Shown: positions 1 to 11,092 of the stretch, one piece after another
How the letters are laid out: every line of letters begins with the position of its first letter
How positions within the stretch are numbered: position 1 is the stretch's first letter
Assembly: GCA_963813075.1 (NCBI GenBank)
Contig: CAWEXU010000010.1
Span: forward strand, 67,648-131,647
DNA length: 64,000 bases
DNA from: Methanotrichaceae archaeon
Lineage (GTDB): Archaea; Halobacteriota; Methanosarcinia; Methanotrichales; Methanotrichaceae
Direction: 5' to 3'
Translations under genes and position numbers: made by a program
Notes under the pieces: model-generated
Database searches by the model: none
What the model was told of the DNA's origin: nothing
What the model saw: the letters and a program-made list of their open reading frames with translations, nothing else

Positions 1-7
1 CTACTGA

Positions 8-1402
8 TTATGATAAGCTGATCCTCTCAAGATTCCTATCTGCATTCTTCCTCTTCATCCTGGCCAGCTTCACGATATCCTCAATTCTTGCCTCTTTCCG
101 CTTGAGCGGCAGTCCTTCCATTAGCCGCTTGCCCTTTTCGGATCTGATGATCACTGTTGAATATCCTTCCGGGCTTCCAACTGAGCCTATGGAAATATCG
201 GCCAGCCTTGAGACCAGATCTTGGCAAAATCGGCAGCCTTCGCGGATATCATTCTCCAGCTCTCGCACGCTGCAAGAGTGCTCCATATCCCCGAGAGTTG
301 CAGTGTATTTTCCTTTTGCGATTTGAATCCGTTCTGCTTTCTCGATATCCACACCTAAAAGCTCTTTTAAATGAACTCTTAATTTTCTATAGTCGAAGCT
401 CTCAAAGCAGAACAGGCCAATGAGAAATATCTCCGCGTCTGGAAATTCATCCTCAAAGTAGCCCGATTGCTCCATCTTTCTGATCACCCTTATTTGACAG
501 GGCGTGCCAACCACGGCAATTCTTCTCTTTCCCTCTCTCAAAGAATCTAAAAGCGGCTCTATGGCTGAGACCCGCACATACTTGGTCCCCTTGGCCTTCA
601 CCACTCCCTCTACATCATCCACCGCTGCCGCCTTTCCCCCATATGTCTCCCTTTCGTATACTACCACTGCAGCATCAATTAGATCCTTCTCCATGGCTCT
701 GGCTAATAGGGCGGTGACAACTCCCCCATCCTGGCCCTTGATATCGGTCCTGGCAGCGAGGATGTCGCTGTAGACTCCCAGGTCATTGTCCCTATTACCG
801 TTCAGGTGCTCCTCTTCGATCTTTTGGCAGTCCTCGGGACTCAGGGGGAAGATGTTTCTCTGGTCGGATATGGCACTGGTGGGGCAGACCAAAAAACAGG
901 CACCGCAGGCAATGCAGTCCTCTGACAGCTCTCCGTAAGGCGCATCCACATCCCTCTCAGTGCCACGATTCTGGAAATTGATGGCAAATACGCCCACAAG
1001 CTCTGCACAGACCCGGCAGCACAGGCCGCAGAGAATGCATTTCTCATTCTCGGTCCTGAACCTGGGCTCAGAGATACCATACTCTTTTGCCAGGTTTTGT
1101 ATCCTCTTTTCCCCGGGGCACCTGGCAAAGAAAAGCTCTATTATCATCCGCCTGATGTCCAGCACGGCAGGGGTTGCCGTCCTTACCACCAGCCCGTCTT
1201 CTGTCGGATAGTTGCAGGCGGTAACGAACCTCTTTCGGCCAGCCTTTTCTATCTCCACAGTGCAGAGCCTGCAAGAGCCAAAGGGCTCAAGTGCAGGGTG
1301 ATGGCACAGAGTGGGAATCCGGATTCCGATAGATAGGGCCGCCTCAAGAATAGTGCTGGAAGTCTCGGTTTCTATCTGCTGATCATCGATCCAGAATTTC
1401 AA
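8..1402 (-). CDS. Fusion of NuoG/HydA-like N-terminal Fe-S domain with coenzyme F420 hydrogenase/dehydrogenase beta-subunit (FrhB/FdhB) domain
   Basis: N-terminal IPTLCHH...GSCRLC...TACN 2Fe-2S motif and two CxxCxxC ferredoxin motifs; C-terminal GQDGGVVT, GTKY, VVGTPCQ, IGLFCFESF and ADISIGSVGS motifs of the FrhB family. Confidence 0.88.
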   Translation of the reverse strand: MKFWIDDQQIETETSSTILEAALSIGIRIPTLCHHPALEPFGSCRLCTVEIEKAGRKRFVTACNYPTEDGLVVRTATPAVLDIRRMIIELFFARCPGEKRIQNLAKEYGISEPRFRTENEKCILCGLCCRVCAELVGVFAINFQNRGTERDVDAPYGELSEDCIACGACFLVCPTSAISDQRNIFPLSPEDCQKIEEEHLNGNRDNDLGVYSDILAARTDIKGQDGGVVTALLARAMEKDLIDAAVVVYERETYGGKAAAVDDVEGVVKAKGTKYVRVSAIEPLLDSLREGKRRIAVVGTPCQIRVIRKMEQSGYFEDEFPDAEIFLIGLFCFESFDYRKLRVHLKELLGVDIEKAERIQIAKGKYTATLGDMEHSCSVRELENDIREGCRFCQDLVSRLADISIGSVGSPEGYSTVIIRSEKGKRLMEGLPLKRKEARIEDIVKLARMKRKNADRNLERISLS

Positions 1403-3273
1403 CTTCTCCCCCTTGACTCTTTTACAACCGCTCTGACCTTTTTGGGGCAGACCTCAAAGCATATCCCGCATCGCATACATTTTGACTGATCGATAACCGA
1501 GAATCCTCTTCTATCCGCATCGATTGCCCCCTGAGGGCAGTTCTCCCGGCACAAGTCGCAGCCGATGCAAGTTCTGTGGTCTATGGTGTAAGATACAAGG
1601 GACTTGCAGGAGAGAGCGGGACATCTTTTCTCTTTGATATGGGCATCGTATTCCTCTCTGAAATAGCGAATGGTGCTCAGGACCGGGTTGACTGCCGTTC
1701 GTCCCAGGGCGCAGAGAGATGCTGTTCTCATCAGTTCTGCGATCTCCTGCAGATTCTCGATATCCGACTCCGTGCCCCGGCCGGATTCTATGGCATCGAG
1801 TATCTCTCGCATTTGCTTGAGCCCCTCCCGGCAGGGAAGGCATTTGCCGCAGGACTCGCTGCAGAGAAAGTCCACAAAGTAGCGGGCCAGGTCGACGGCA
1901 CAGGTATCCTCGTCGATGACGATAATGCTCCCCGAGCCCATCATGGAGCCCAGACGGGTCAGCTCGTCGAAGTCCACCGGTGTTCCCAGAAACCTGGCCG
2001 GGATAATTCCTCCTGATGGCCCACCGGTCTGCACCCCTTTGAGCTTCTTGTTCTCGGGAATTCCTCCCCCAATCTTGTAGATTATATCGGCCAGGGTCAT
2101 TCCCATGGGGACCTCCACCAGACCGGTGTTGTTCACCTTGCCCACCAGGGAGAAGATCTTGGTCCCTTTGCTCTTCTCTGTGCCGATGGAGTTGAACCAT
2201 TCTGCGCCATGTTTTATGATCAAAGGCACATTGGCAAAGGTCTCGACGTTGTTCAGGGCGCTGGGCCGGCCCCAGAGCCCCATCTCGGAGGTGTGGACGT
2301 ACTTCGGCCTGGGTTCGCCCACCTTTCCCTCCAGAGCGTTCATCAGAGCGGTCGACTCTCCGGAGACAAAGGAGCCGGCACCCCGATGAATGGACACATC
2401 AAAATCAAAGCCTGTGCCCAGGATATTCTCGCCCAGCAGGCCATACTCCCGTGCCTGTTGCAGGGCAATAGTCGCGTTCTGGACCGCCAGTGGGTACTCC
2501 ATACGCACATAGATGAAGCCGCTATGCGATCCCATGGCGTAGGCGGCGATGATCAGCCCTTCCAGGACGCTATGGGGATTGCCCTCCATCAGTGCCCGGT
2601 CCATGAAGGCGCCCGGGTCTCCCTCATCGCAGTTGACGATCACATATTTGGGCTCGCCCGGAGCATTTCGGGTCGATTCCCATTTCCGCCCGGTGGGAAA
2701 TCCGCCTCCTCCTCTTCCCCGGAGATTGGATCTCTTCACCTCATCGATCACCTCTTCCGGGGTCATCTTATAGAGAGCTCTGGCCAGGGCACTGTAGCCA
2801 CCCAGCACTATATAATCTTCTATATTTTTAGGATTTATTTTTATGTTATTTTTTATTAGATGCCTCATCTGATGCTTATAAAAGGGAATCTCGCTCTCGA
2901 TGACGGCATTCTCACCCGTTTCGGGATCTTTATAGAGGAGGCGGTCAACCAGATTGCCTTTTAGTATTGTCTCCTCAACTATCTCGGGCACATCACCCGG
3001 CTGGACACCGATATAGTAGACCCCTCTGGGGTAGATCACCATCAGGGTTCCTTTTTCGCAAAATCCAGGGCATCCGGTCTCTTTGATCTCTACCTCCTTT
3101 TCCAGGCCTTTTTGGAGGAGGTATTCATGGAAAGCTTTAACCACCGATCTGGCCCCGAGGGTCAGGCAGCCTGTTCCGGCACAGATTGCGATCAGGGGCT
3201 TTGCAGGATCTCTTCTGGAAAGAATTTCCGATCTGAGCCGTTCGAGCTCTTCAATTGATCTCAGCCTCACCAT
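1399..3273 (-). CDS. nuoF: NuoF/HylB-like NADH-binding flavoprotein subunit with N-terminal thioredoxin-like 2Fe-2S and C-terminal 4Fe-4S domains
   Basis: LRGRGGGGFPTG, NCDEGDPGAFMDR, NNVET, ESCGKCLPCREG and SLCALG motifs; two C-terminal CxxCxxCxxxCP. Confidence 0.93.
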   Translation of the reverse strand: MVRLRSIEELERLRSEILSRRDPAKPLIAICAGTGCLTLGARSVVKAFHEYLLQKGLEKEVEIKETGCPGFCEKGTLMVIYPRGVYYIGVQPGDVPEIVEETILKGNLVDRLLYKDPETGENAVIESEIPFYKHQMRHLIKNNIKINPKNIEDYIVLGGYSALARALYKMTPEEVIDEVKRSNLRGRGGGGFPTGRKWESTRNAPGEPKYVIVNCDEGDPGAFMDRALMEGNPHSVLEGLIIAAYAMGSHSGFIYVRMEYPLAVQNATIALQQAREYGLLGENILGTGFDFDVSIHRGAGSFVSGESTALMNALEGKVGEPRPKYVHTSEMGLWGRPSALNNVETFANVPLIIKHGAEWFNSIGTEKSKGTKIFSLVGKVNNTGLVEVPMGMTLADIIYKIGGGIPENKKLKGVQTGGPSGGIIPARFLGTPVDFDELTRLGSMMGSGSIIVIDEDTCAVDLARYFVDFLCSESCGKCLPCREGLKQMREILDAIESGRGTESDIENLQEIAELMRTASLCALGRTAVNPVLSTIRYFREEYDAHIKEKRCPALSCKSLVSYTIDHRTCIGCDLCRENCPQGAIDADRRGFSVIDQSKCMRCGICFEVCPKKVRAVVKESRGRS

Positions 3274-3412
3274 CCTTCTACACGCCCTGATTCTCGTTGC
3301 ATGCTGTCATTTCCGTTGAGTGCCATGGTTATTTGCTGTGGTCCTGCCAGAATGCGGTGATAGCTAGCAAAGTCCTCGATTCTCACTGTGCCTCATGCTG
3401 ATATTCAACGAT

Positions 3413-3907
3413 TCAGTCGTACTTTTTTAGTATCCTTTCCACTCTGTCCGATGTCACCCGGCCAATGTAATCATCATCCACTACTATTACCGGGCCTATG
3501 GCGCAGCATCCCATGCAGTTGACCCGTTTCAGGGTGAATTTCATGTCCGGGGTTGTCCCGCCCTGTTTTATCTTCAGCTTCGATTCGGTTCTGTCCAGTA
3601 TCGTCTGAGATCCCCGCACCTGGCAGGCAGTGCCCATGCATACGCTTATTTTATGTTTTCCAATGGGCTTCAGGCTTATGGCCTCATAGAAGCTGGCTAT
3701 CCGGTATATCCGGCTTCGGGGAATCTTCAGTCTCTCGGATATCTCTCGGAGGGCATCTTTTGAGATCCAGTTGAACTCGCTTTGCAGGTCTAAAAGAAGC
3801 TGAATTAAAGATCCATCCTGGCCGTTATATCTATCGATTATCTCCTCCAGCCTCTTATGCTCGTTATCCTGCATTTCAACTTCCTCTCTGCCTGAATCTG
3901 CCTTCAT
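3413..3907 (-). CDS. nuoE: NuoE/HylC-like 2Fe-2S subunit
   Basis: ASFY, VCMGTACQVRG and NCMGCCAIGP motifs; directly upstream of the nuoF-like gene. Confidence 0.92.
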   Translation of the reverse strand: MKADSGREEVEMQDNEHKRLEEIIDRYNGQDGSLIQLLLDLQSEFNWISKDALREISERLKIPRSRIYRIASFYEAISLKPIGKHKISVCMGTACQVRGSQTILDRTESKLKIKQGGTTPDMKFTLKRVNCMGCCAIGPVIVVDDDYIGRVTSDRVERILKKYD

Positions 3908-4034
3908 CCCTTCGCCGATATGTCATCACTAAGCATGAATATATACGTTTGCTCGACGGAGCCAAGAGCTATTTCAGATACTAACATCAAAAAATTGAAA
4001 TAATTAGGTGGTTTGGATTTTCTCTTTCAAATGA

Positions 4035-4400
4035 TCATATCGATGAGTCAATTTCATTCATTTTTGTTTCGATATACTCCTTCAATGCCACCGCATTATT
4101 GTGCTGTTCATCTTTAGCTGCATATAGAAAGACCAGATCACTCTCCCTCGCTTTTACGATGAGCTGATCCACGAGCTCGGCCTTCCCGTCAAGCTCTTTG
4201 AAAAATCTCTTTTTGAACTCCTCCCATTTGCCTGGATCATGGCCGAACCATTTCCTCAACTCATCGCTGGGACCTATCTCCTTTTGCCAGAGGTCTACTT
4301 TAGCCGCCTCTTTGGTCATGCCCCTGGGCCAGAGCCTATCCACCAGTATTCTAAAGCCGCTGCCTGGTGCAGCATTATAAATCCTCTCAGTCTTTATCAT
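4035..4400 (-). CDS. DUF488/YeaO family protein
   Basis: RILVDRLWPRG, PSDELRKWFGH and HNNAVAL motifs. Confidence 0.92.
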   Translation of the reverse strand: MIKTERIYNAAPGSGFRILVDRLWPRGMTKEAAKVDLWQKEIGPSDELRKWFGHDPGKWEEFKKRFFKELDGKAELVDQLIVKARESDLVFLYAAKDEQHNNAVALKEYIETKMNEIDSSI

Positions 4401-4489
4401 TGCAGACTCTCATCCGTCATCCATTATCAAGCATCTCCGAGAGCTTTCCGCTTATGTCTTTGCCATACGGGCCCGTACATAGATGCGAT

Positions 4490-4569
4490 CAACTGCCAGA
4501 CATCAGAATAAAATTTCGTAGCGCGCTCAGGCTGGTCTGCATTATCTCGAAGCGTATCACTCTCGGCAT
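4490..4569 (-). pseudogene. 5' remnant of a VOC/glyoxalase family gene
   Basis: Manual translation with frameshifts gives MPRVIRFEI-ADQPERATKFYSDV-WQL, the typical VOC N-terminus; the rest is absent. Confidence 0.55.
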
Positions 4570-4939
4570 TTCGTCACCATTAAATGGTTAGAATAGGCTT
4601 TAGTTGATATATAATTTTCCTGAGCTGAAGTTGCAGAAATCACGGTTCTAAATTTAAATGAAATCTATACTACGAAGATTATTTCTATCGGGCAATATGA
4701 TCAACCAAAAACATATTAACTGATCAATTGAGTATAATATATCAGTTTATCTGCGTTGGGTGCAATTTCGCTGGATTCAATTACAGATGGTGTCTTCGAA
4801 AATAAAATCATGTTGTGAAGCGTGAGGCCAATGAATAAGAAAGGATTCCGGGGCAGTGATGGCTGGGATTAGTCGGACCGCTGATAGCCGCATAAATCCA
4901 CGCCACATTTCAGAATTTATATTTCTGGGGCCATAAAGC

Positions 4940-7900
4940 ATGGATTATATTGATCTCTCTATAAGGGTTCAAGATGACGCAGATGTACTGGCATCATCGG
5001 ATTTGGGTGAATCATATGGCCGGCTCAATCTCAATCCAGATGAAATCCGTCCGATGTTAGATGCCATTGACAAGGATGATACCGATGGAGAGCTCCTCAA
5101 GAAGCTGGGCAAAATCCTGTTTGATGCACTCTTCGACAAGAGTATCTCCAATCATTTAGCTGCTGTTTTGGCCGAAGGGGAAAGCACCGGACGAGGCGTC
5201 CGCTTGCGACTGATCTTTGAAAAGCCCCAGATAGCTGCTATTCCCTGGGAGTTTCTCTATGATGAGAGCACCAATACATTCCTGGCCAATGATCCCAAGA
5301 CGGCACTCTCAAGGTATATCGATGTTCCCTTAAAAAAACAGGATATCAGGCCTGCCAGCATTCCTTTGAAGATGCTCCTGGTCATCTCCAGTCCCAAAAA
5401 CCTTGACCCTCTGGACTCTCTGGGAGAGGAACGGCTAATCAAACAGGCTCTGGAAAAGCACATTAGCTCGGGCCTGATTGAGATCGATGTAATTTCCAAA
5501 GCCACCATTGATGCCGTCTATCAGAGGCTCAGTGACCGGGAGTATAATGTTTTTCATTTCATAGGGCACGGGGTTTTCGAGAATAACAAGGGCCATATTG
5601 CCCTGGTGGACGAGAATGATCGTGCCAAATTATTGGATGATGAGGCCTTTGCAAACCTGTTCCTTGGAAAGAGAGGGCTGGGTTTAGTGATACTGAATTC
5701 CTGTGAAGGAGCCACAACATCATCCGGCCAGGCTTTTAGAGGCATGGCCCCCCGCCTGGTGCAAAGGGGAATACCGGCAGTAATAGCTATGCAGTATACC
5801 ATCCTGGACAGCACCGCCAAGACCTTTGCCGAGGAGTTCTATCGCAGTCTGGCCCGCGGCAATCCGGTTGACCGGGCAGTGCAATCAGCACGAAACCTCA
5901 TTTCCATCAAAGCCAAGCTGGATAATAGAGACTTTGCCACTCCCGTTCTTTTCATGAGGGCCAAGGATGGGGTGATTCTGGATCTCCAAGCCACGCGACC
6001 TGCAGTCTCTCCTCCGCCTGAAAAACTACCGGATATGAAGATATCTGAGAAGGTCTCCGAGGTGGTTTCTGAGAAGGTGCCTGAGAAGGAGACAACGGTG
6101 CCTGAGAAGGATGTGAAGGTATCTACGAAGGTGGCCGAAAAGGGGACAAAGATGGCCGGTAAGGAGACAAAAGACGCCAAAACCCCAATTTACATTCTGG
6201 CTGCTTCGCTAATTATTGTAATCGCTGCCGCTTTATTTTATTTCTTATCTCCTGATTATGTCCAGATCTCCGGGACGGTGAAGGACTGGAATGGCAATCC
6301 TGTAAAAAATGCTGATGTAATGGCACTGCCTTCTGGCATATCGATCCGGACCGATTCCAATGGCTACTTCATTTTATCCGATATACCGGCGAACGGTGTG
6401 GATAAACTGCGAATAAGAAACTATCGCATAGGTTAGTGATGGTGGCAGGGCATATTTAATCACATAGTTTATATACTATGAGATACATATGCCCTGTGTT
6501 CCCCACCATGACAGCAATAGCTACTAATTTCTTAAACCTTCCGTTTGCCCATCAGCTAGTGGATGCATTTAAAGAATACTCAAATGAGTATGAATTCACA
6601 GCGGAAGGTGTATTTCGCAGGATAATACCTCCTGCTTGCTCGCAATGTGGAAAACAGATGTGCCATAATGGCTCAAACAAGTATCAAATTTTAGGTTTGG
6701 CAACTATAAAATTAGGTAGATATCATTGCAGCAAATGCGGCCTGAATCTGCAAGAGGAAAATATATTTTTGGACAATATGAAATTTGAAATCAGCAGAAT
6801 TTTTGCAGGCTTGTATCAAGTGTTGAGAAATCACGATGTCTCGTACGAAGGCATATCGGATGTGATGGATTATCTGATTCCGCAAAGCAGTGACACTATC
6901 TGCAGAAGATTCTCCGACTCTGTTGCCAGCGTTCAGTTGCCTGAAACTTCGCCGATTCAAGTTATCCACTACGATGAGCAGCATCCCAAAGCAGGAAGAT
7001 GCCAGAAGTATCGTTTGACTCTGTTGAACGGAGTGACTCATGAAGTGATTGCGGAAGAGGTTTCAGATAACAAGTCTCAAAAGGCCATTAAACCATTTTT
7101 TGAGAATAATTTAAAAGATGTTATAGAAAAGTTCAACACCAGTATTCATCGTAACCGATCAAGGCAAAGGATATGCAGAGCTGATTGCTGATGTATTCAA
7201 TGGCAACGCAATCCACCAATACTGCATCTTTCATCTGAATCAGAATATAGCAAAAGAATTCTCCAGAAGATGTCAAAATGAAAGACGAGCTTGTAAAATA
7301 CAAATTATTTAATATATTTTATAATCGAGAGGAAGAGCTGAATTATTTGAAGGATCTCTGTGAAGAAGAAGCATCAATTAGCTTTAAAGACAGGAACGAA
7401 GAACATGAATGGCTCAAGAAGGCAAAGATCAGATTTTACGACTTTTTGCATGAACAGGAATTGTCGCGAAGGCGCGCGCACAAGAATTTAGGACTTAGAA
7501 CATATTATGAATCATATGTAATAATGAATGAGTTATTAAATAATGCTCAATTCATTCAGCCCGATTGTTCAGAGACGACTTGATAAGATCCAAAAGGATT
7601 GGAACCATTTCACCGCCTTTCAGCGAGTTGATGATGCACCTGCCACCAATAATGCTATCGAAAACTACTATTCCACCAGCTTGAAAGGCCAAAGCAAGAA
7701 ACAGCTTAGGACCGATCGCGGCATCAATCTCCACATGAAGCTCTCATCGATGAAGCGTTTTGATATGATAGGCAAACCAAAAATCACTTTTCTTGAAGAT
7801 GTGACCAATGAGTTCATTGAGATGCATATCTCTGATGAAAAAAAGAAAGATAAATCGATACTATTCGATAACATTGTATTTCAGCCCACCTCGATAAGAC

Positions 7901-8442
7901 TGTATGGCGACATTCGAGATTATGCCGGCGATCCTACCGGAGCAGCAGCGAGGATAACCATAAAATCAGGAATTAATTATTTAGTGAATTTGACTGACAT
8001 TGAGTTCGGCAGGTATGAAACCAATATATACAGCAACGCCACCGCCATCACCGCATATGACACAGACGGGAAAATAATCTATACGTCACCACTCCGATTT
8101 ACCGATCATGAAATAGAGGTCCGAGAGAAGAAGCTCCCAATAAAATTTCCATCAAAGACAGAAATTGATATTATTGGAAAAGTTTTTAACATATCTGATA
8201 ATAAGGCTCTGGCCAATACAACGGTGAAGATTGGACCCACTTCAGATAGAACAAATGATTCAGGTTATTATAATCTGTATGGCGTGCCCAGGAGCAGTCA
8301 ATACTATCAGGTCTCAAAAGAAGACCAAATAATTGTGAAGAAAAATCTCTCTGATCGGTATATAGACTGGACGCAGCCCAACTGGATCTACTATCAGAAT
8401 GCATCACTCCTCATACCGATAGCACCGGATGATGAGGGATGA
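4940..8442 (+). pseudogene. CHAT (caspase-like) domain membrane protein with C-terminal carboxypeptidase-regulatory-like domains, interrupted by an IS fragment
   Basis: IPWEFLYD, FHFIGHG, ILNSCEG and VIAMQY CHAT motifs; TM helix IYILAASLIIVIAAALFYFL; ISGTVKDWNGNPV domain; the frame resumes after the transposase at ~7795 (EDVTNEF...TNDSGYYNLYGVP). Confidence 0.8.
6416..7794 (+). mobile_element. Truncated, frameshifted IS transposase of a Methanosarcinales ISNCY-like type (CDS from 6478)
   Basis: CSQCG and CSKCG Zn motifs, IHYDEQHPK, HQYCIFHL and APATNNAIENYYSTSLK across three frameshifts; lower GC than the flanks; boundaries inferred from the host reading frame. Confidence 0.78.
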
Positions 8443-8560
8443 TCTCTTTCCTTTGGAGAAGAGATTGTCTCATCTCTAGATATCCAGATTCCTGCAAGCG
8501 TAAACTTAATAATTGATGTAAACCTATTCTCAATAAGAAGGTGAATATAGAGGGTAGATT

Positions 8561-8975
8561 ATGTTCACAAGGTCTAAAGATTGCATTTTGGTTGCAGCGA
8601 TCCTCATAACCATGGCTTTAGCAGAGGGAGAGCAATACACGGTGGATATATCCCCGGAAGGGTATTTGACTACCAGCGATAAAATGACCTTATATTATTC
8701 CCTTAATGATGCTCCTGGCAATGGCATCAGCAATTGCATGGGCGAATGCTCTTCGTTATGGCCTCCATTCTATGCCGATCAAATTCTGGTGCCCTCCGCA
8801 CTTAGCACCACCGACTTCACAACCATATCCAGGACCGATGGCAAGATGCAGACGGCATACAGGGGATGGCCTCTATACAGGTATATCGAAGACAAAAAGC
8901 CTAAAGATGCCAATGGGGATAAAGTAAACTCTATCTGGTTTGTTATTTATCCAACAAAATTCCCTCCTGGCGTAA
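8561..8975 (+). CDS. Secreted repeat protein (COG4315/Lipoprotein_15-like); the ORF track read-through to 9208 probably reflects one extra G near 8970
   Basis: Signal peptide; MTLYY...[14 protein letters not shown]...QTAYRGWPLYRY motif; removing one G gives KFPPA-stop, matching the paralog's KFPPA. Confidence 0.75.
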
Positions 8976-9098
8976 TTCTGCAGGCTCAAGATGCAGGCTC
9001 AAGATGCAGGCTCAAGAGGTCTATACGAATAGATCGCCTGGGCTTGCATGCAAAAATTTATAATCAATCAGCTTTATCTTTAAGTGGAAGGCAGGCCT

Positions 9099-9590
9099 AT
9101 GTGGACAAGGAACGGACTTTGCATCCTGGTTGCATTGATCACCACAGTGATCATCACTTCTATCGCCTTTGCATCAGAAGAGGATTATACTGTAAAGCTC
9201 TCCTCTGAAAGATATATGACTGATGAGGATGGAATGACTTTATATTATTCTCTTAATGATGCTCCTGGTAATGGTATTAGCAATTGTATGGGCGATTGTT
9301 CTTCATTATGGCCTCCGTTCTACACAGATCTGATTCGAGTGCCATCAGTGCTCAGCACATCCAGCTTCGATACTACATCCAGAATCGATGGCAGTTACCA
9401 GACGGCATATAAGGGGTGGCCGCTATATCGCTGCAGCAAAGACGAAAAGCCTGGTGATACCAATGGCGACGGTGAAAAAGGCATCTGGTTTGTGGTGGAC
9501 CCAATAAAATTCCCTCCGGCTTATGGCGGATCATATGGCTCAAATACCTGGCTATTTTACATCAGGTCCATCCTGAATAAATTTGATTAA
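9099..9590 (+). CDS. Secreted repeat protein (COG4315/Lipoprotein_15-like), tandem paralog
   Basis: Same [20 protein letters not shown] and GWPLY motifs; signal peptide. Confidence 0.82.
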   Translation: MWTRNGLCILVALITTVIITSIAFASEEDYTVKLSSERYMTDEDGMTLYYSLNDAPGNGISNCMGDCSSLWPPFYTDLIRVPSVLSTSSFDTTSRIDGSYQTAYKGWPLYRCSKDEKPGDTNGDGEKGIWFVVDPIKFPPAYGGSYGSNTWLFYIRSILNKFD

Positions 9591-9610
9591 GGGCCATTCT
9601 GGTTCATATC

Positions 9611-9838
9611 AAAAATGCTTTTCGGGCGGTAGAACGGATAGATGCAGGCATCACCTATGTCAATGCTCCCACCATTAGTGCGGAGATCCACCTGCCGTTC
9701 GGCGGGACCAAAGCCAGCGGAAACGGGACTGGAGGCCGGGACCATAGCCATAGATGAGTTCACCGATCTGAAGACCATCTACTTCGATTACGCGACCGGC
9801 TGCAAAAGGCGCAGATAGACACCCAGGTGGTGGAATGA
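9611..9838 (+). pseudogene. 3' remnant of an aldehyde dehydrogenase gene
   Basis: Manual translation: [39 protein letters not shown]...[20 protein letters not shown]...LQKAQIDT, with frameshifts. Confidence 0.8.
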
Positions 9839-9925
9839 GAAAATAGGCAAAGAATGGCATTGCAGTGCATCTAATACATCTATTATAAATTCCAGGGCAG
9901 CGAATATTATGCTGGTGATTTTCCC

Positions 9926-10627
9926 ATGGTGGCGACGGTAATTGAGGATCCCAGCCTCAGGAATAGATGCGGCGTCTTTCAGGATCGGCATGAAGCAGGA
10001 GAGCTTCTGGCCAGAGCCCTGGAGAGCTTCAGAGGAAAAGATGCCATCGTCCTTGCCATACCCTCAGGTGGCGTTCCCATCGGCCTGGCCATAGCCACTC
10101 ATCTGGATCTGCCTTTCGACCTATTCATCGTAAGAAAGCTTCCCATTCCTGGCAATCCCGAAGCCGGCTTCGGAGCGATAAGCCTGGAAGGGGACGTAGT
10201 CCTCAATCATGCGATGGTCAGGATGCTGGGCCTGAGCGATACGGAGATCGAAGAGCAGGCAGATTCGGTTAGAGTTGAATTGAGGGCCAGAGAGCGCATA
10301 TTTCGAGGGAAGAGGCCCCCTCTGGACTTGCGGGGAAGGACGGTCATACTGACCGACGACGGACTGGCATCCGGTTACACTATGATGGCCGCTGTCCGCA
10401 TGGTCCGAAGACAGAAGCCCCACGAGATCGTCCTCGCCGTACCCACAGCATCCCTAAGTACAATCGATCTGCTGGCCAGGGAGGTGGACAGGATCATCTG
10501 TCTCAATGTTCGAACGGGCAGCTATTTTGCGGTGGCCGAAGCCTACAGGAACTGGCATGACCTTTCCCGAGAAGAGGTTGTGGATCTATTAAGAGCGCAT
10601 AAGTTTTTGGCCGATGACCTGGAATGA
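9926..10627 (+). CDS. Phosphoribosyltransferase family protein
   Basis: FQDRHEAG, LAIPSGGVP and VILTDDGLASGYT (PRPP loop) motifs. Confidence 0.92.
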   Translation: MVATVIEDPSLRNRCGVFQDRHEAGELLARALESFRGKDAIVLAIPSGGVPIGLAIATHLDLPFDLFIVRKLPIPGNPEAGFGAISLEGDVVLNHAMVRMLGLSDTEIEEQADSVRVELRARERIFRGKRPPLDLRGRTVILTDDGLASGYTMMAAVRMVRRQKPHEIVLAVPTASLSTIDLLAREVDRIICLNVRTGSYFAVAEAYRNWHDLSREEVVDLLRAHKFLADDLE

Positions 10628-10784
10628 GGCCGATGACCTGGAATGCGTCGAATGAGAGGGCTAATCCCGGGAAAAAGGTCGAACTTTTTTTCAGCCGGGA
10701 TATAAGAGGCTCTATACGGGATTTCTATTTTCCTATGCAGGCCTGGAAAGTAATGGCAAGCAATAAAATATTACCGGAGCCAGA

Positions 10785-11069
10785 TCAGCTCTCAAGACGC
10801 CTCTCGGCTAAATATGCCCTGGCTTTCATGGGATCACAAGCCAGCTCATCAATCCGGTTCTCGGACATCTGCCAGAGGATATCGTCCGCCTCGGCCACTT
10901 CATCTCTCTCCTGCCACCAGGAGAGGCAGGCTTCAGCAGCCAGCCTGCAGGCGTCTTCATCCGTCAAATGCAGCGATGCACAGTACGCCTCGCCCACGCA
11001 TGCACTCGCAAGGGCCCTGGTACAAAGGTCACAGGTCATTTTGACACCTTTTTTGGTAATGGCATTCAT
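10785..11069 (-). CDS. Hypothetical small Cys-rich protein
   Basis: ATG-initiated ORF co-directional with the upstream gene; CDLC and further Cys residues. Confidence 0.5.
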   Translation of the reverse strand: MNAITKKGVKMTCDLCTRALASACVGEAYCASLHLTDEDACRLAAEACLSWWQERDEVAEADDILWQMSENRIDELACDPMKARAYLAERRLES

Positions 11070-11092
11070 GGATCATAATTAGCCTCAGCTGT

